A stretch of DNA of 64,000 nt, from positions 266,456-330,455 of the forward strand of contig CAWBYW010000016.1 in NCBI GenBank assembly GCA_963792965.1. The letters run 5' to 3'. This document shows, in pieces, positions 1 to 9,986 of the stretch. The stretch's first letter is position 1. Each line of letters begins with the position of its first letter. The notes beneath the pieces are model-generated. The model was not told where the DNA came from. It was given only the letters and a program-made list of their open reading frames with translations, and searched no databases. Source of the DNA: an uncultured delta proteobacterium (GTDB taxonomy: Bacteria; Desulfobacterota; Zymogenia; Zymogenales; Zymogenaceae). A program made the translations under genes and the position numbers.

Positions 1-213
1 AAGGCCCTGGACAAAGTAACCACCCCAGTCGTCCCACTCGGGGAGGGCCGGCTCTTCACTGTTGAGGGTCTTCTTGAAGACTTTGTAGGCATACCCGACG
101 GAAAAGAAATTAACGATCGGGATGATGCCTAAAACCGTCCCGATGATGAGCTTGACCACCCAATTCTGGTCGCTGAACGGAAACTTAAAGCCCTTAGCAA
201 TATCTAAAGCCAT
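1..213 (-). CDS. DUF4013-family membrane protein, 5' part (runs off window edge)
   Basis: Hand translation MALDIAKGFKFPFSDQNWVVKLIIGTVLGIIPIVNFFSVGYAYKVFK...LPEWDDWGGYFVQGL; AAGGAGG RBS upstream; clearly paralogous to 1318..1992. Confidence 0.8.
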   Translation of the reverse strand, partial: MALDIAKGFKFPFSDQNWVVKLIIGTVLGIIPIVNFFSVGYAYKVFKKTLNSEEPALPEWDDWGGYFVQGL

Positions 214-551
214 AGTTTACCTCCTTGTAATAAATCTGCCATTAGTATACCATAGTTTTCTTTTTTTGAAGTATAAAATAAACTGCCTTAAAAGGAGGTG
301 ATATAAATCACATTTCAGCGGGTGGCGTTCTTTATCTGATTCCGGCCGGTCCAAAGCGGTAGTTTCAACCTTAAATGACCGTAACACACGGGACTTCTGT
401 CGTATTCATCGGCGCAGCCATCAGCAAGCCGAGTGGCATTGCATCTTACTTCTTGCCTATTTTCATGGAGCAAGGATCTACGCCGGTGACCCCAAAACTT
501 CCTTTACGGAGGTTCCGGTTTCATGATATTAAGAAGAGGGAGGTTGCACCC

Positions 552-1196
552 ATGGCCCGTAGAATGCTCAAGAGGGGCGTACTGTTCGTCATCGAGGGTA
601 TCGATGGATCGGGAAAAACCACCCAGGCAAAGAGGCTCGTCGAGACCCTTTCACGCCGAGGATACGACGCCGTATACCTCCGCGAGCCTACCGATGGGCC
701 CTCGGGCGCCGAGATCAGGCGCGCCGCCCAGGACGGGACAAGGCAGGGCGACCCCGAGAAGGAATACCGTCTCTTCATGCTCGATAGGAAGGAAAATGTC
801 GCCGACAGCATCCATCCCGCCCTTTCGGCCGGGCGGGTGGTGGTCCTTGACCGCTACTATTTTTCCACGATGGCTTATCAGGGTGCTCTCGGGCTCGACC
901 CCGAGCGGATCAGGCGGGAAAATGAAGGCTTTGCGCCGGTCCCGGACCGCGTCTTTTACCTCTCGATGACGGTCGAGGAGGGGCTGAAGAGGATCTCAAG
1001 GAACCGGGGCTCCTTTACCTCCTTTGAGAAGGCGGAATATCTTGAGAAGGTGAAAGCGATCTTCGATGAGCGTGTGGCGTCTCTCCCGTACACGGTCATC
1101 ATCGACGGCATGAACGGCCAAGACGATATCTCCGACGAAATCAGGACGGGCGCGCTCGCGTTCCTTGAAAGCGTTACTAAACAGCCGGGCCCATGA
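552..1196 (+). CDS. tmk: thymidylate (dTMP) kinase
   Basis: IEGIDGSGKTTQ P-loop, REP, DRYYFST motifs; start likely ATG 552 or 564 rather than 375. Confidence 0.95.
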   Translation: MARRMLKRGVLFVIEGIDGSGKTTQAKRLVETLSRRGYDAVYLREPTDGPSGAEIRRAAQDGTRQGDPEKEYRLFMLDRKENVADSIHPALSAGRVVVLDRYYFSTMAYQGALGLDPERIRRENEGFAPVPDRVFYLSMTVEEGLKRISRNRGSFTSFEKAEYLEKVKAIFDERVASLPYTVIIDGMNGQDDISDEIRTGALAFLESVTKQPGP

Positions 1197-1317
1197 TAGC
1201 AATGGATGTCGGGAACCCCTCAGGATGGTCCCGGGTTTTACCCACGGGCTCTCCGAACACGCCCGTGGGACCCATCGACTTCCATCCGACGCCTGCCCAC
1301 AGGTATCCCGGCCTCTT

Positions 1318-1992
1318 TCACTCATCACCACGCTTAACAAAGGCCCCGCTGCATGCGCTGCCGAACAGTGCGTACTCCAGCAGATACTTAAGGTAAAAGG
1401 AAAATGCGACGGCAAAGAGGATCCCGAGGTACGGGATGATACATAACACGATGAAGGCGAAAAAGACACAGACAATCAGCACCACCGCGATGAGGTAGTC
1501 CTCAAACACCCTGAAGATGTTCGGGATGATCTCCCAGAGCCTGAAAGCCGCACCGAAGCGCTCGTCGTTTTTCGCGTAAACGGCAAGGGCCATCGGCAAC
1601 ATGACGACGGCAACGATATACAACACGATACCCGCAATGATGAGCGCCAGCCCGACCATCCCCCCGCCGCTGTGGATCAGCCACTGCCATCCCCTCAGAT
1701 AGTAGAGGTAGACCAAAAGCCCCGCGCCCGCCCCCACGAGGATGAGCGGGATGAGCATATATATAAGACTGATGACGAAGATCAGAAAACCCCGGACGAA
1801 GAGGTCGCCCCAGCCGTCCCATTCGGGCATCTCCAGCGGCCCGCCCAGGACGGCCGGCTTGAATATCCGGTAGGCGTAGCCCGAGCAGAAAAAATTGACG
1901 ATCGGGATGATCGAAAGCGCGATCCCGATGATCATCTTGACCGCCCAGTCCTTGTCCTTCGTCGGGAAGGAAAAAATCTCCTTGATATCCAT
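1318..1992 (-). CDS. DUF4013-family membrane protein
   Basis: FSFP..D.DW..K..IG...IIPIVN...GY...PEW..WG.LF.RG pattern; multiple TM helices; start MDIKEIF. Confidence 0.8.
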   Translation of the reverse strand: MDIKEIFSFPTKDKDWAVKMIIGIALSIIPIVNFFCSGYAYRIFKPAVLGGPLEMPEWDGWGDLFVRGFLIFVISLIYMLIPLILVGAGAGLLVYLYYLRGWQWLIHSGGGMVGLALIIAGIVLYIVAVVMLPMALAVYAKNDERFGAAFRLWEIIPNIFRVFEDYLIAVVLIVCVFFAFIVLCIIPYLGILFAVAFSFYLKYLLEYALFGSACSGAFVKRGDE

Positions 1993-2098
1993 GGTCGGTC
2001 TCCTCGGAAAGATTGACGGGGGCACGAACGCTCCGTTCCTTGCCCCCGTTTTGTTTGTGCCGTATTCCGTTTTCACGATCGGCGGCAGGCCTACTTTC

Positions 2099-3640
2099 CT
2101 ATTTCTTCTTTGTCCTATCCTTGAATTGGTCCCGCAGCTGGTACTTGAGGACTTTGCCGGAGACGTTGCGCGGCAGCGCCTCCACGACCTCCATCACCCT
2201 CGGGATCTTATAGTCGGCGATCCGCGACTTCAGGAAGGTCTGCAGCTCCTCGGTGGTGATCGTCTCGTTGGGACGCGGCACGACCACCGCCATGACCGTC
2301 TCGCCCCATGCCGGGTGAGGAACGCCGATGATGACGGCGTCGGCCACCTTGGGGTTCTCGAAGATGGCGTCCTCCACCTCTTTTGAGTAGACATTCTCCC
2401 CACCGGTGATGATCATGTCCTTCTTGCGGTCAACCAGCGTAATGTAGCCCTCGTCGTCCATGGTGCCGAGGTCACCGGAGTGGACCCAGCCGTCCTTGAT
2501 CGTGTCGGCCGTCGCATCGGGGTTCTTGTAGTAGCCTTTCATCGCCATCTCGCCCTTGATGACCAGCTCTCCCACGACGCCGGGCTTAGTTATGGTCTTT
2601 TCCTTTTCGTCCACGATGCGGGATTCCATATTGACGACGTACTTGCCGCCCGCCCCGGCCTTCCTGATCTGGTCGACGGGCAACAGCGCGACGCCGCCCG
2701 GCCCCGCCTCGGTGAAGCCGCACAGGCAGAAGAAGGAGTTCGACTTGAACTTGTCCATCATCTGCTTGACCGCCTCGGCGGCCATGGGCGCCGCGCCGTA
2801 GCCGTAGTAGCGGATGCGGGAGAGATCGTATTTCTCGAACGTGGGGACGCCCATTAACATGCTGTACATGATCGGCGCGCCGAAAAAGAGCGTGATCTTT
2901 TCGTTCTGGAGGAGATCCATGACCTTGTCGGGCGGCCAGAACTCCTTGTTGATGATATGCGTCGCCCCCACGTACGTGCCGGGGTTGAGATAGAGGTTAA
3001 GCTCCGCCGAGTGGAAGAGCGGGGCGGCGTGCAGGATGCGGTCCGCGGGGTTCAACCCGATGAGGGTGGCGATGCTTGTCGTCAAGACCATATGGGCGTG
3101 GTGGACGAAGAGCGCGCCCTTGGGTCTGCCGGTGGTGCCGGAGGTATAGATGATCTCGCTCTCGTCAAATTCATCTACTTTTACCGACGGCTCGTCCTTC
3201 TTGCCCGTTTCGAGGACCTCGGTGAAGGGATCAAACCCTTTGAATTTCCCGGGCCCCGCGGAATAGAAATGTTTTACTTTCTTGAGGCGGCCCTTCATCT
3301 CCGTCATGGCCGGCTCGAAGACGTCATCGAAGATGACCGCAAACGCGTCCGAGTTGTCGAAGATATACTCCGCCTCCGGGGGCGCCAGCCTGAAGTTGAC
3401 CGGGACAGCCACTCCGCCGGCCTTGACGGCACCATAGAAGGCGAAGACAAAGAGATCGGAGTTGAACATCCAGAGGGCAACCTTATCGCCTTTCTTCAAC
3501 CCCCCTTTGATCAGGGCGTTGGAGACGGCGTTGACCCGTTCGTTGACCTCCCTCCAATTAAGGCGTTTTCCCTCGTATACGAGGGCCTCCTTATCCGGGA
3601 CCATCCGGGCGTTCCGTGCGACGAGACCTCCAAGATCCAT
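2099..3640 (-). CDS. long-chain fatty acid--CoA ligase (AMP-forming)
   Basis: YTSGTTGRPKG AMP-binding motif, GFTE, SGDLG, DRKKDMIITGGENV, LPRNVSGK. Confidence 0.93.
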   Translation of the reverse strand: MDLGGLVARNARMVPDKEALVYEGKRLNWREVNERVNAVSNALIKGGLKKGDKVALWMFNSDLFVFAFYGAVKAGGVAVPVNFRLAPPEAEYIFDNSDAFAVIFDDVFEPAMTEMKGRLKKVKHFYSAGPGKFKGFDPFTEVLETGKKDEPSVKVDEFDESEIIYTSGTTGRPKGALFVHHAHMVLTTSIATLIGLNPADRILHAAPLFHSAELNLYLNPGTYVGATHIINKEFWPPDKVMDLLQNEKITLFFGAPIMYSMLMGVPTFEKYDLSRIRYYGYGAAPMAAEAVKQMMDKFKSNSFFCLCGFTEAGPGGVALLPVDQIRKAGAGGKYVVNMESRIVDEKEKTITKPGVVGELVIKGEMAMKGYYKNPDATADTIKDGWVHSGDLGTMDDEGYITLVDRKKDMIITGGENVYSKEVEDAIFENPKVADAVIIGVPHPAWGETVMAVVVPRPNETITTEELQTFLKSRIADYKIPRVMEVVEALPRNVSGKVLKYQLRDQFKDRTKKK

Positions 3641-3690
3641 ATGAGACCTCCATGATACAGTGTTAAAAAGGATGGATAATACGTGGAAAG

Positions 3691-3726
3691 TGATACCTTT
3701 GTATCAGATTTTTCGCCGAGAGTCAA
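3691..3726 (-). promoter_or_regulatory. sigma70 promoter of the acyl-CoA ligase with palindromic operator over the -10
   Basis: Minus strand TTGACT-17-TACAAA; palindrome TGATAC-CTTT-GTATCA at 3691..3706. Confidence 0.5.
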
Positions 3727-3904
3727 AAATTCTTTTCGCTCTCGACAACTTTGTATATAGTTCGTTGGATTGAGCCTCCGCCGACGATCCTCTCCGGGCA
3801 TTGACTTATCCCTTACTCACTGTTATTATATATAGGTAGGATGTTTTCCTTGATTTCACGACAAAACATGAGCCGGAAGAGCTCACGAAATAGAGGGATG
3901 AGGC

Positions 3905-4108
3905 ATGATTCGGGATATGGTTATCATTTTTACGTGCCCGAAGTGCGGCCAGCAAAACGCATTCAAGGACGGCATTCCCGAACGGGATAATATCGTCACC
4001 TGCCCTTCGTGTGGAAAACCGATCGTGATCGGAGAGGAGTTCCTCGACGAATTTGAAAGGATCATGGAAGGGTTGGGGGAATCTATTGAGCGGTTTGCCG
4101 AGCCGTAG
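3905..4108 (+). CDS. small zinc-ribbon protein
   Basis: CPKC and CPSC pairs, acidic C-terminal helix; GAGG RBS. Confidence 0.65.
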   Translation: MIRDMVIIFTCPKCGQQNAFKDGIPERDNIVTCPSCGKPIVIGEEFLDEFERIMEGLGESIERFAEP

Positions 4109-4292
4109 ACACATGATAGTGGCCGGGAGCCCGATGTCATAACGTGCGGCGCGGATCTCGTTCCGACCGAGACCTACTCCACGTAAAGCCCGGGAAAGAG
4201 AAGTGAGACAGCAATCCTTCCTCATCGCGTGAACGGCAGGGGCCCTTTTGTGGCTTCCGGCTCTACTGGCACGATAGGGAGGGGAGATGTAT

Positions 4293-4388
4293 ATGTCCGC
4301 GGGAACCACGAGAAGGAGTTTTCTCAAGGGATGCGCCGTCTCAACCGGCGCGATCGCGGCCGCCATAAAAAAGGGGGCGCTCGGATAA
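4293..4388 (+). pseudogene. orphan twin-arginine (Tat) signal peptide, 31 aa
   Basis: MSAGTTRRSFLKGCAVSTGAIAAAIKKGALG*; T-R-R-x-F-L-K motif; GGGAGGGG RBS; ends inside the degP terminator. Confidence 0.55.
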
Positions 4389-4402
4389 TCCAAGCGCCCC
4401 CT
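4367..4402 (-). terminator. intrinsic terminator of the RR-HK-degP operon
   Basis: GGGGGCGCT...AGCGCCCCC stem; A6 on the plus strand gives a U-tract on the minus strand. Confidence 0.75.
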
Positions 4403-4423
4403 CATCATCTTGTCCCAAGGACC

Positions 4424-5878
4424 CTACTTATTGATCGCGATGAAGATCGTGTTGCCGTTCCGCCAGATCAGGAAGAGATAGCGCCCGGTCTTTTTGCTGT
4501 TGGCCATCTCGGCGTTGAACTCGGCAAGATTCTTGATCTTCTTGCGGTTGACTTCCCTGATCACATCTCCTTTCATGATGCCCGCCCGCTCCGCGAAACT
4601 GGCCGGCTCGACCGAGTTGACGATAACTCCGTCGGTATCGGGCAGCCCAAGGTATTGAGCGATCGTGGGGGTCACCACGTCAACGAGGAGCCCGAGCTCA
4701 GTCCTGCTGCCCGGGCCGGTCGTCGGAAGCCCCGCGACTACGCCCTCACCGGGCATCCTCCCCACCTTCAGGGCGACGGTCATTGACTTCTTTTCCCTCA
4801 AGAGCGTGATCGTCACGGTCTCCCCGATTGGGGTATTTGCCGCCGACAGTGACAGGTCCCGCACCCTCTTTATATCCTTCCCGTTATACTTCAGGATGAT
4901 ATCGCCTTTCCTGATACCCGCCTTCTCCGCGGGACTTCCCGGCTCGATGTCGGAGACGAGCGCGCCCTCGGGCTGCGGCAACCCGAAGGACTGCGCAAGC
5001 TCCGGGGTAACTTCCTGAATTACCACGCCGAGCCACCCCCGGATGACTTCGCCCTTCTTGAGCTGTGACAGCAGGTCCTTGGCAATGTTGATCGGTATGG
5101 CGAAGCCGAGCCCCTGTCCCTGCTCGATGATGGCGGTATTGATGCCCACCACCTCGCCGTTCAGGTTGAAGAGGGGGCCGCCCGAATTACCCGGATTGAT
5201 CGAGGCGTCTGTCTGGATAAAGTCATCATACGGGCCCGATCCGATCACCCTCCCCTTGGCACTGACGATACCGGCGGTCACCGTTTCCGACAGTCCGAAG
5301 GGGTTACCGATAGCCATGACCCATTCGCCCACCTCGAGCTTGTCCGAATCGCCCATCGCCACCGTGGGGAGACTCCTCCCGTCGATCTTGATGAGGGCCA
5401 GATCCGTCTTTGAATCGGTCCCGATAACTTTGGCGGTATAGGTCTTCTCGTTGTGGAGTATGACGGTTATCTCGGTTGCGTTCTCCACGACATGATTGTT
5501 GGTAAGGATATATCCGTCCGGGCTGATGATGAACCCGGAGCCGAGGCTCTGGGTCTCAAAGGACCGGGGCATTTCCCCGAAGTATCGGTTGAAAAAGTCA
5601 CCGAACGGCTCGTTGTTGCCGAACGGCTGGCTGAACCCCGGTGGCAGTCCGGTCCCCACCGTCGTCTTCGTGCTGATATTCACGACCGCCGGGGTCAGGT
5701 CTTTGGCCAGAACCGTGAAGTCCGGAAGGGTGATATACTTCGGCCCCTCAGTCCCGGCCGGAGCGGCCGCGGTGAGAAAGACGATAAAGAGCGCCAGAAT
5801 AACGAGGGCCACAGGAGCCCGGACACCTCTGGGCAGCTGAACTTGCTTATGTGCCGATATCATACGAAAAACCTCCAC
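4424..5878 (-). CDS. degP: DegP/HtrA periplasmic serine protease with two PDZ domains
   Basis: GSGFII, TNNHVV, DLALIK, QTDASINPGNSGGPL; signal peptide. Confidence 0.93.
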   Translation of the reverse strand: MEVFRMISAHKQVQLPRGVRAPVALVILALFIVFLTAAAPAGTEGPKYITLPDFTVLAKDLTPAVVNISTKTTVGTGLPPGFSQPFGNNEPFGDFFNRYFGEMPRSFETQSLGSGFIISPDGYILTNNHVVENATEITVILHNEKTYTAKVIGTDSKTDLALIKIDGRSLPTVAMGDSDKLEVGEWVMAIGNPFGLSETVTAGIVSAKGRVIGSGPYDDFIQTDASINPGNSGGPLFNLNGEVVGINTAIIEQGQGLGFAIPINIAKDLLSQLKKGEVIRGWLGVVIQEVTPELAQSFGLPQPEGALVSDIEPGSPAEKAGIRKGDIILKYNGKDIKRVRDLSLSAANTPIGETVTITLLREKKSMTVALKVGRMPGEGVVAGLPTTGPGSRTELGLLVDVVTPTIAQYLGLPDTDGVIVNSVEPASFAERAGIMKGDVIREVNRKKIKNLAEFNAEMANSKKTGRYLFLIWRNGNTIFIAINK

Positions 5879-5933
5879 TGTTACGTTTCTTACGAAATTA
5901 TCGAAGACGTTGATCGCTCCTCAACGAAATCCG

Positions 5934-7349
5934 CTAACTTTTGTCGACAATCCGCGGCAATACCACGGTAAACGTGCTCCCCATGCCGGGAGTGCTCGAA
6001 ACCAGGATCTTCCCCTGGTGGGCCTCGGTGATGAAGCGGCAGATGGAAAGCCCGAGCCCCGTTCCCCCCTCTTTACGGGACCGGTTCTTATCGACCCTGA
6101 AAAAGCGGTCGAAGATCCTTTTCTGGTCCTCCGGAGAGATGCCCGTGCCGTCGTCGGTGACCCTTATTTCCACGTGATCGGCGTCCACGGACGCGCCGAT
6201 GTGGATGTGGCCTCCGTTCTTGGTATATTTGATCCCGTTGTCTACGAGGTTAAGGAAGACTCTTCTCAGTCCCAGCTCGTTTCCCATGATTTTGATTCCA
6301 TTGAGCTGCCCGAGATCGAGATCGATTCGCTGTTTTCGGATGTCGGCCAGGGTCTTTCCCATGTCGTAGACGTCGGCAAGGATGGGAGAAAGCTCCACCG
6401 GCTCCATCTCCATGGAAGTCTTGCCGAGGTCCGCGCGGGACAGCACCAGGAGGTCCTCCACGATCCGGCTCATCAGGTTGATCTCTTCGATGCCGCTGCT
6501 CAGCGTTGCCTTGTACTCCTCCAGGCTCCGGGCCGACCTGAGGGCCCACTCCGTCTCTCCCTTCAGGATGGTCAAGGGCGTCCTGAGCTCGTGGGAGGCG
6601 TCGGCGGAGAACTGCCTGATCTGATCGAAGGATTTCTCAAGCCTTTCAAGCATCTCGTTAAAGGTGGCGGCCAGCCTTCCGAGCTCGTCCTTCTTGTTTC
6701 TGACCGGGATCCGCTGGGAGAGGTCTTTGGCGCCGATCTGCCGGGCGGCGTCGGTGATCTCGGCCACCGGGCGAAGTGCCGCCTTCGCCAGAAAGTAGCC
6801 CCCGACGCTCGAAAGGAGTATTACCGACGGGACCGCCAGCAAAATAATCAGCAAGAGCCGCCGAAGCGTTTCCTGGACGTACTCAAGGGAGCTGCCCACC
6901 TGAACAAGGTTAACCAGTTTGTTGTTTTTGATGACCGGGTAGCTGATCATCCGGATCGGGTATTTATCCAGCCCATAGAGCGTCTCAAAGACGATCTCAC
7001 CGGTCTCGGCCCGTTTGACCGTTTCGGCGGTTATCGGGAGCTTCTTCGGGAGGCTCCGGTCCGCGTCGTAGTCGATGTTTCCCGATTTATCGAGGATCTG
7101 GATATATTTAGCGGTGGGACGAAAGCCGAAGAATTTTTCGAGGTAGTTGTTCCACCCCTCGCTGTCCTCGGAGACTCGGCTGGAAGAATCCGCCGTGATC
7201 TCGGCAATTGTGGTCAGCTTTTTGTCGACGCTGTCATAGAGCGCCCGCGAGAGCGTGAAGTAGAGCACGGAGCAAAACGAGATCATCATGAACGCGAGCA
7301 CGAGGGTGAACCAGCCCACAAGCTTGGCCCGTATGGTCACAAAAAACAT
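5934..7349 (-). CDS. HAMP sensor histidine kinase (CusS/CzcS-like)
   Basis: Two TM segments, HAMP, ASHELRTPL H-box, NLVDNGIKY, DDGTG, GTGLGL. Confidence 0.93.
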   Translation of the reverse strand: MFFVTIRAKLVGWFTLVLAFMMISFCSVLYFTLSRALYDSVDKKLTTIAEITADSSSRVSEDSEGWNNYLEKFFGFRPTAKYIQILDKSGNIDYDADRSLPKKLPITAETVKRAETGEIVFETLYGLDKYPIRMISYPVIKNNKLVNLVQVGSSLEYVQETLRRLLLIILLAVPSVILLSSVGGYFLAKAALRPVAEITDAARQIGAKDLSQRIPVRNKKDELGRLAATFNEMLERLEKSFDQIRQFSADASHELRTPLTILKGETEWALRSARSLEEYKATLSSGIEEINLMSRIVEDLLVLSRADLGKTSMEMEPVELSPILADVYDMGKTLADIRKQRIDLDLGQLNGIKIMGNELGLRRVFLNLVDNGIKYTKNGGHIHIGASVDADHVEIRVTDDGTGISPEDQKRIFDRFFRVDKNRSRKEGGTGLGLSICRFITEAHQGKILVSSTPGMGSTFTVVLPRIVDKS

Positions 7350-7352
7350 GGC

Positions 7353-8033
7353 CTAATCCTTCAGCATATAGCCTACGCCCCGCACCGTATGCAACAGCTT
7401 CTTGGCATAGTCCTTGTCGATCTTGTTGCGGAGGTAGTTGATGTAGACGTCGATGACGTTGGTGAAGGTGTCGAACTTAATGCTCCAGACATGCTCGGAG
7501 ATCATCGTCCGGGTGAGGATCCTGCCCGGGTTTCGCATGAAATATTCGAGGAGCGAGTATTCCTTAGTGGTGAGGGGGATCTCCTTGCCCTGGCGCGTCA
7601 CCTTATGCGTGACCGGATCGAGCACGAGATCGTCGATGACGAGCCTCAGGCTCTCCTCCGCTTTGCCTCGGCGCAGCAGTGCCCGAATGCGGGCCAACAG
7701 CTCGTCGAAGGCAAAGGGCTTGGTCACATAATCGTCGGCTCCCATATCCAGCCCCTTGACCTTATCCTCGACCATATCCTTCGCGGTCAGGAGGATAACC
7801 GGGATAGAGTTGTTCTTTTTCCTGATATGGGAGAGGACCTCCAGGCCGTCCATCTTCGGCAGCATGATGTCCAGCACCAGCAGGTCATAGTCATAGACGT
7901 CGGACATAGAGACCGCTTCCTCGCCGTCGACGGCCACGTCCACGGCATACGATTCCTCCTCAAGCCCCCGTTTGATAAAGGACGCCACCTTTGCCTCGTC
8001 TTCTACGACCAGGAGTCTCACGATAGCCCTCAT
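7353..8033 (-). CDS. OmpR-family response regulator (CusR/CzcR-like)
   Basis: VEDE, LDIMLP, GADDYVTKPF, winged-helix NVIDVYINYLRNK, HTVRGVGY. Confidence 0.95.
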   Translation of the reverse strand: MRAIVRLLVVEDEAKVASFIKRGLEEESYAVDVAVDGEEAVSMSDVYDYDLLVLDIMLPKMDGLEVLSHIRKKNNSIPVILLTAKDMVEDKVKGLDMGADDYVTKPFAFDELLARIRALLRRGKAEESLRLVIDDLVLDPVTHKVTRQGKEIPLTTKEYSLLEYFMRNPGRILTRTMISEHVWSIKFDTFTNVIDVYINYLRNKIDKDYAKKLLHTVRGVGYMLKD

Positions 8034-8246
8034 AAAATGACTAAGGAATGGAGAAGATATATCAGCAATATCTTTTAATTATAACTGATTTTTTTCAGAT
8101 TTCAATTCATATTTTTAGGGTGTTTGCGTCGCTGCGTAAAAGGGGAAGAAGCACGGTGTTAACACTAAACGGCATGCACAAATGCAAGCGGATGCGTCAA
8201 AGCGAGTGGCATAAACCGGGTATTGAAAACATATGCCCGAATGGAC

Positions 8247-8936
8247 TCATGTCTTCGTCAGCTCGATGCGCAGCCAGATCGGCACGGACGCCAGCGCCGT
8301 CTTCTGAATCGTAAAGCTCCGCGCGAAGCGTGTCTTTTTGACTATGTCCATGACTTCGTCCACGCTATAGGTCATGCCGAGCTGCTTTTTCAGGAATAGG
8401 GGAGAGATCATCCGCCTCAGGATGTTTTCTTCCGACAGATTGACCTTGAGCGCTTTCTTCAGCGCGTCCTTATCGTAGTCCCGGTAGGTCTCAAATATGA
8501 CCGCCGTCGCCTTTCGCCTGAGTATCCGGTATATCTCTTCGAGACATTCTTGAGGTTGGTCCCAGAGGTAGAAACTGCCGGTGGCCGTAATAACGTCAAA
8601 GAAATCGTCCGGGAAGTCCGTTTTCCGAATGGTGCCTCCGCGCAGATCGACCGTGCAGTGTGCGAGGCGTTTTTGGGCGAGTCTGATCATCGATTCCGAT
8701 ATGTCTATACCGTAGAGTTCCATTCGCGGATTCAGCCGGCCAACCTCGGCCAGGAGCCTTCCCGGCCCGGTGCCCACGTCCAACAGTCGCCCCGCAGGTA
8801 CCCGGTTGACCAGGTCGTGCGCGATCTCGGCAAACATCGTTCGGTTTGCCCGCGCGTTCATCAACGAATCGTACAGCACCGCGCCGAAGTTCGGAAGGTC
8901 AATAAAGTCCTTTTCTCCCCTACTTCTCGTTTTCAA
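8247..8936 (-). CDS. class I SAM-dependent methyltransferase
   Basis: LLDVGTGPG motif I, GIDIS, FPDDFFD. Confidence 0.85.
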   Translation of the reverse strand: MKTRSRGEKDFIDLPNFGAVLYDSLMNARANRTMFAEIAHDLVNRVPAGRLLDVGTGPGRLLAEVGRLNPRMELYGIDISESMIRLAQKRLAHCTVDLRGGTIRKTDFPDDFFDVITATGSFYLWDQPQECLEEIYRILRRKATAVIFETYRDYDKDALKKALKVNLSEENILRRMISPLFLKKQLGMTYSVDEVMDIVKKTRFARSFTIQKTALASVPIWLRIELTKT

Positions 8937-8948
8937 CTCCTGGATTGC

Positions 8949-9986
8949 TCACGCAGGCCGGGTCCCGTAGCCCGCCGCGAGCTGGCCGCAGGCGGCGGCG
9001 ATCTCGGCCCCCTTGCTCTTCCTGACGACGGCAAAAAGGTGGCCGGCCATCAACACCTCCTGGAAGCGGAGGACCTTCTCGTCGTGGGGACGGCCGAGGT
9101 GGGCGCCGGGAAACGGGTTGAAGGGGATGAGGTTGATCTTGACCGGCAGGCCCCGGACGAGATCCCTGAGTGACCTCGCGTGCTCTTCGGTGTCGTTGAC
9201 CCCATCGATGAGGACGTATTCGATCGTGATGCGCCTCCCCTTTTTCAGGGGATAGGCCCTGAGCGCCGCCATGAGCTCGGCGAGCGGGTATTTTTTGTTG
9301 ATCGGCATGATTGATTGCCTGGTCTGGTCGTCCGGCCCGTTCAACGAGACGGCGAGGTTCACCAGGACTTCTTTGCCCAGCCGTGCGATCACCTCGGGGA
9401 TGCCCGCTGTCGAGACGGTCACGTGCCGCCACGAGAAGCCGAGCCCCCATTCGGCGAGGATGAGTGCGAGCGCCCTCTTCACCTCATCGTAGTTTAACAG
9501 CGGTTCTCCCATCCCCATGAAAACAATGTTCGTCACATCCATGCCCTGCGTCCGGAGGTAGTTCCGTGCGAGGATAACCTGCCCCACGATCTCGCCGGCG
9601 CCGAGATTCCTGACGAGCCCGAGCCTGCCTGTCATGCAGAAGGCGCACCTCAGCGCGCAGCCGACCTGGCTGGAGACGCACAGCGTCGTCCTGTTCTCGT
9701 CGGGGATGATGACCGACTCGATCGTGTTCCCGTCGGCAAGTCCCAGGAGGAACTTCACCGTGCCGTCGCCGGCAACCGACGTCTTCACGACCTCGGGCAG
9801 CCCCACCCGGGCGGCCGCGGCGAGGTGCTCGCGGAACTCCCGGGAGAGGTCGCTCATCCCCTCGATTTCCGAGACGCCCTTTTGATAGAGCCATTTTGTG
9901 AGCTGGCGCGCCCGAAACGGCTTTTCGCCGAGAGAGGCGACGAATGCCTCGATCTCCTCCGGCAGCATACCTATTAGTTGTTCCAT
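8949..9986 (-). CDS. rlmN: 23S rRNA (A2503-C2) methyltransferase, radical SAM
   Basis: SSQVGC..C.FC.TG, MGMGEP, NLIPFN, AACGQL. Confidence 0.96.
   Translation of the reverse strand: MEQLIGMLPEEIEAFVASLGEKPFRARQLTKWLYQKGVSEIEGMSDLSREFREHLAAAARVGLPEVVKTSVAGDGTVKFLLGLADGNTIESVIIPDENRTTLCVSSQVGCALRCAFCMTGRLGLVRNLGAGEIVGQVILARNYLRTQGMDVTNIVFMGMGEPLLNYDEVKRALALILAEWGLGFSWRHVTVSTAGIPEVIARLGKEVLVNLAVSLNGPDDQTRQSIMPINKKYPLAELMAALRAYPLKKGRRITIEYVLIDGVNDTEEHARSLRDLVRGLPVKINLIPFNPFPGAHLGRPHDEKVLRFQEVLMAGHLFAVVRKSKGAEIAAACGQLAAGYGTRPA

Noticed and set aside
4266-4282. sigma54 promoter (TGGCACG) before the Tat peptide
   Set aside because: The -12 TTGC element is absent.
5910-8078. Long antisense ORFs (722 aa here; also opposite gyrA, gyrB, prs and others)
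   Set aside because: These are shadow frames of GC-rich genes with no motifs, fully overlapping confident CDSs.
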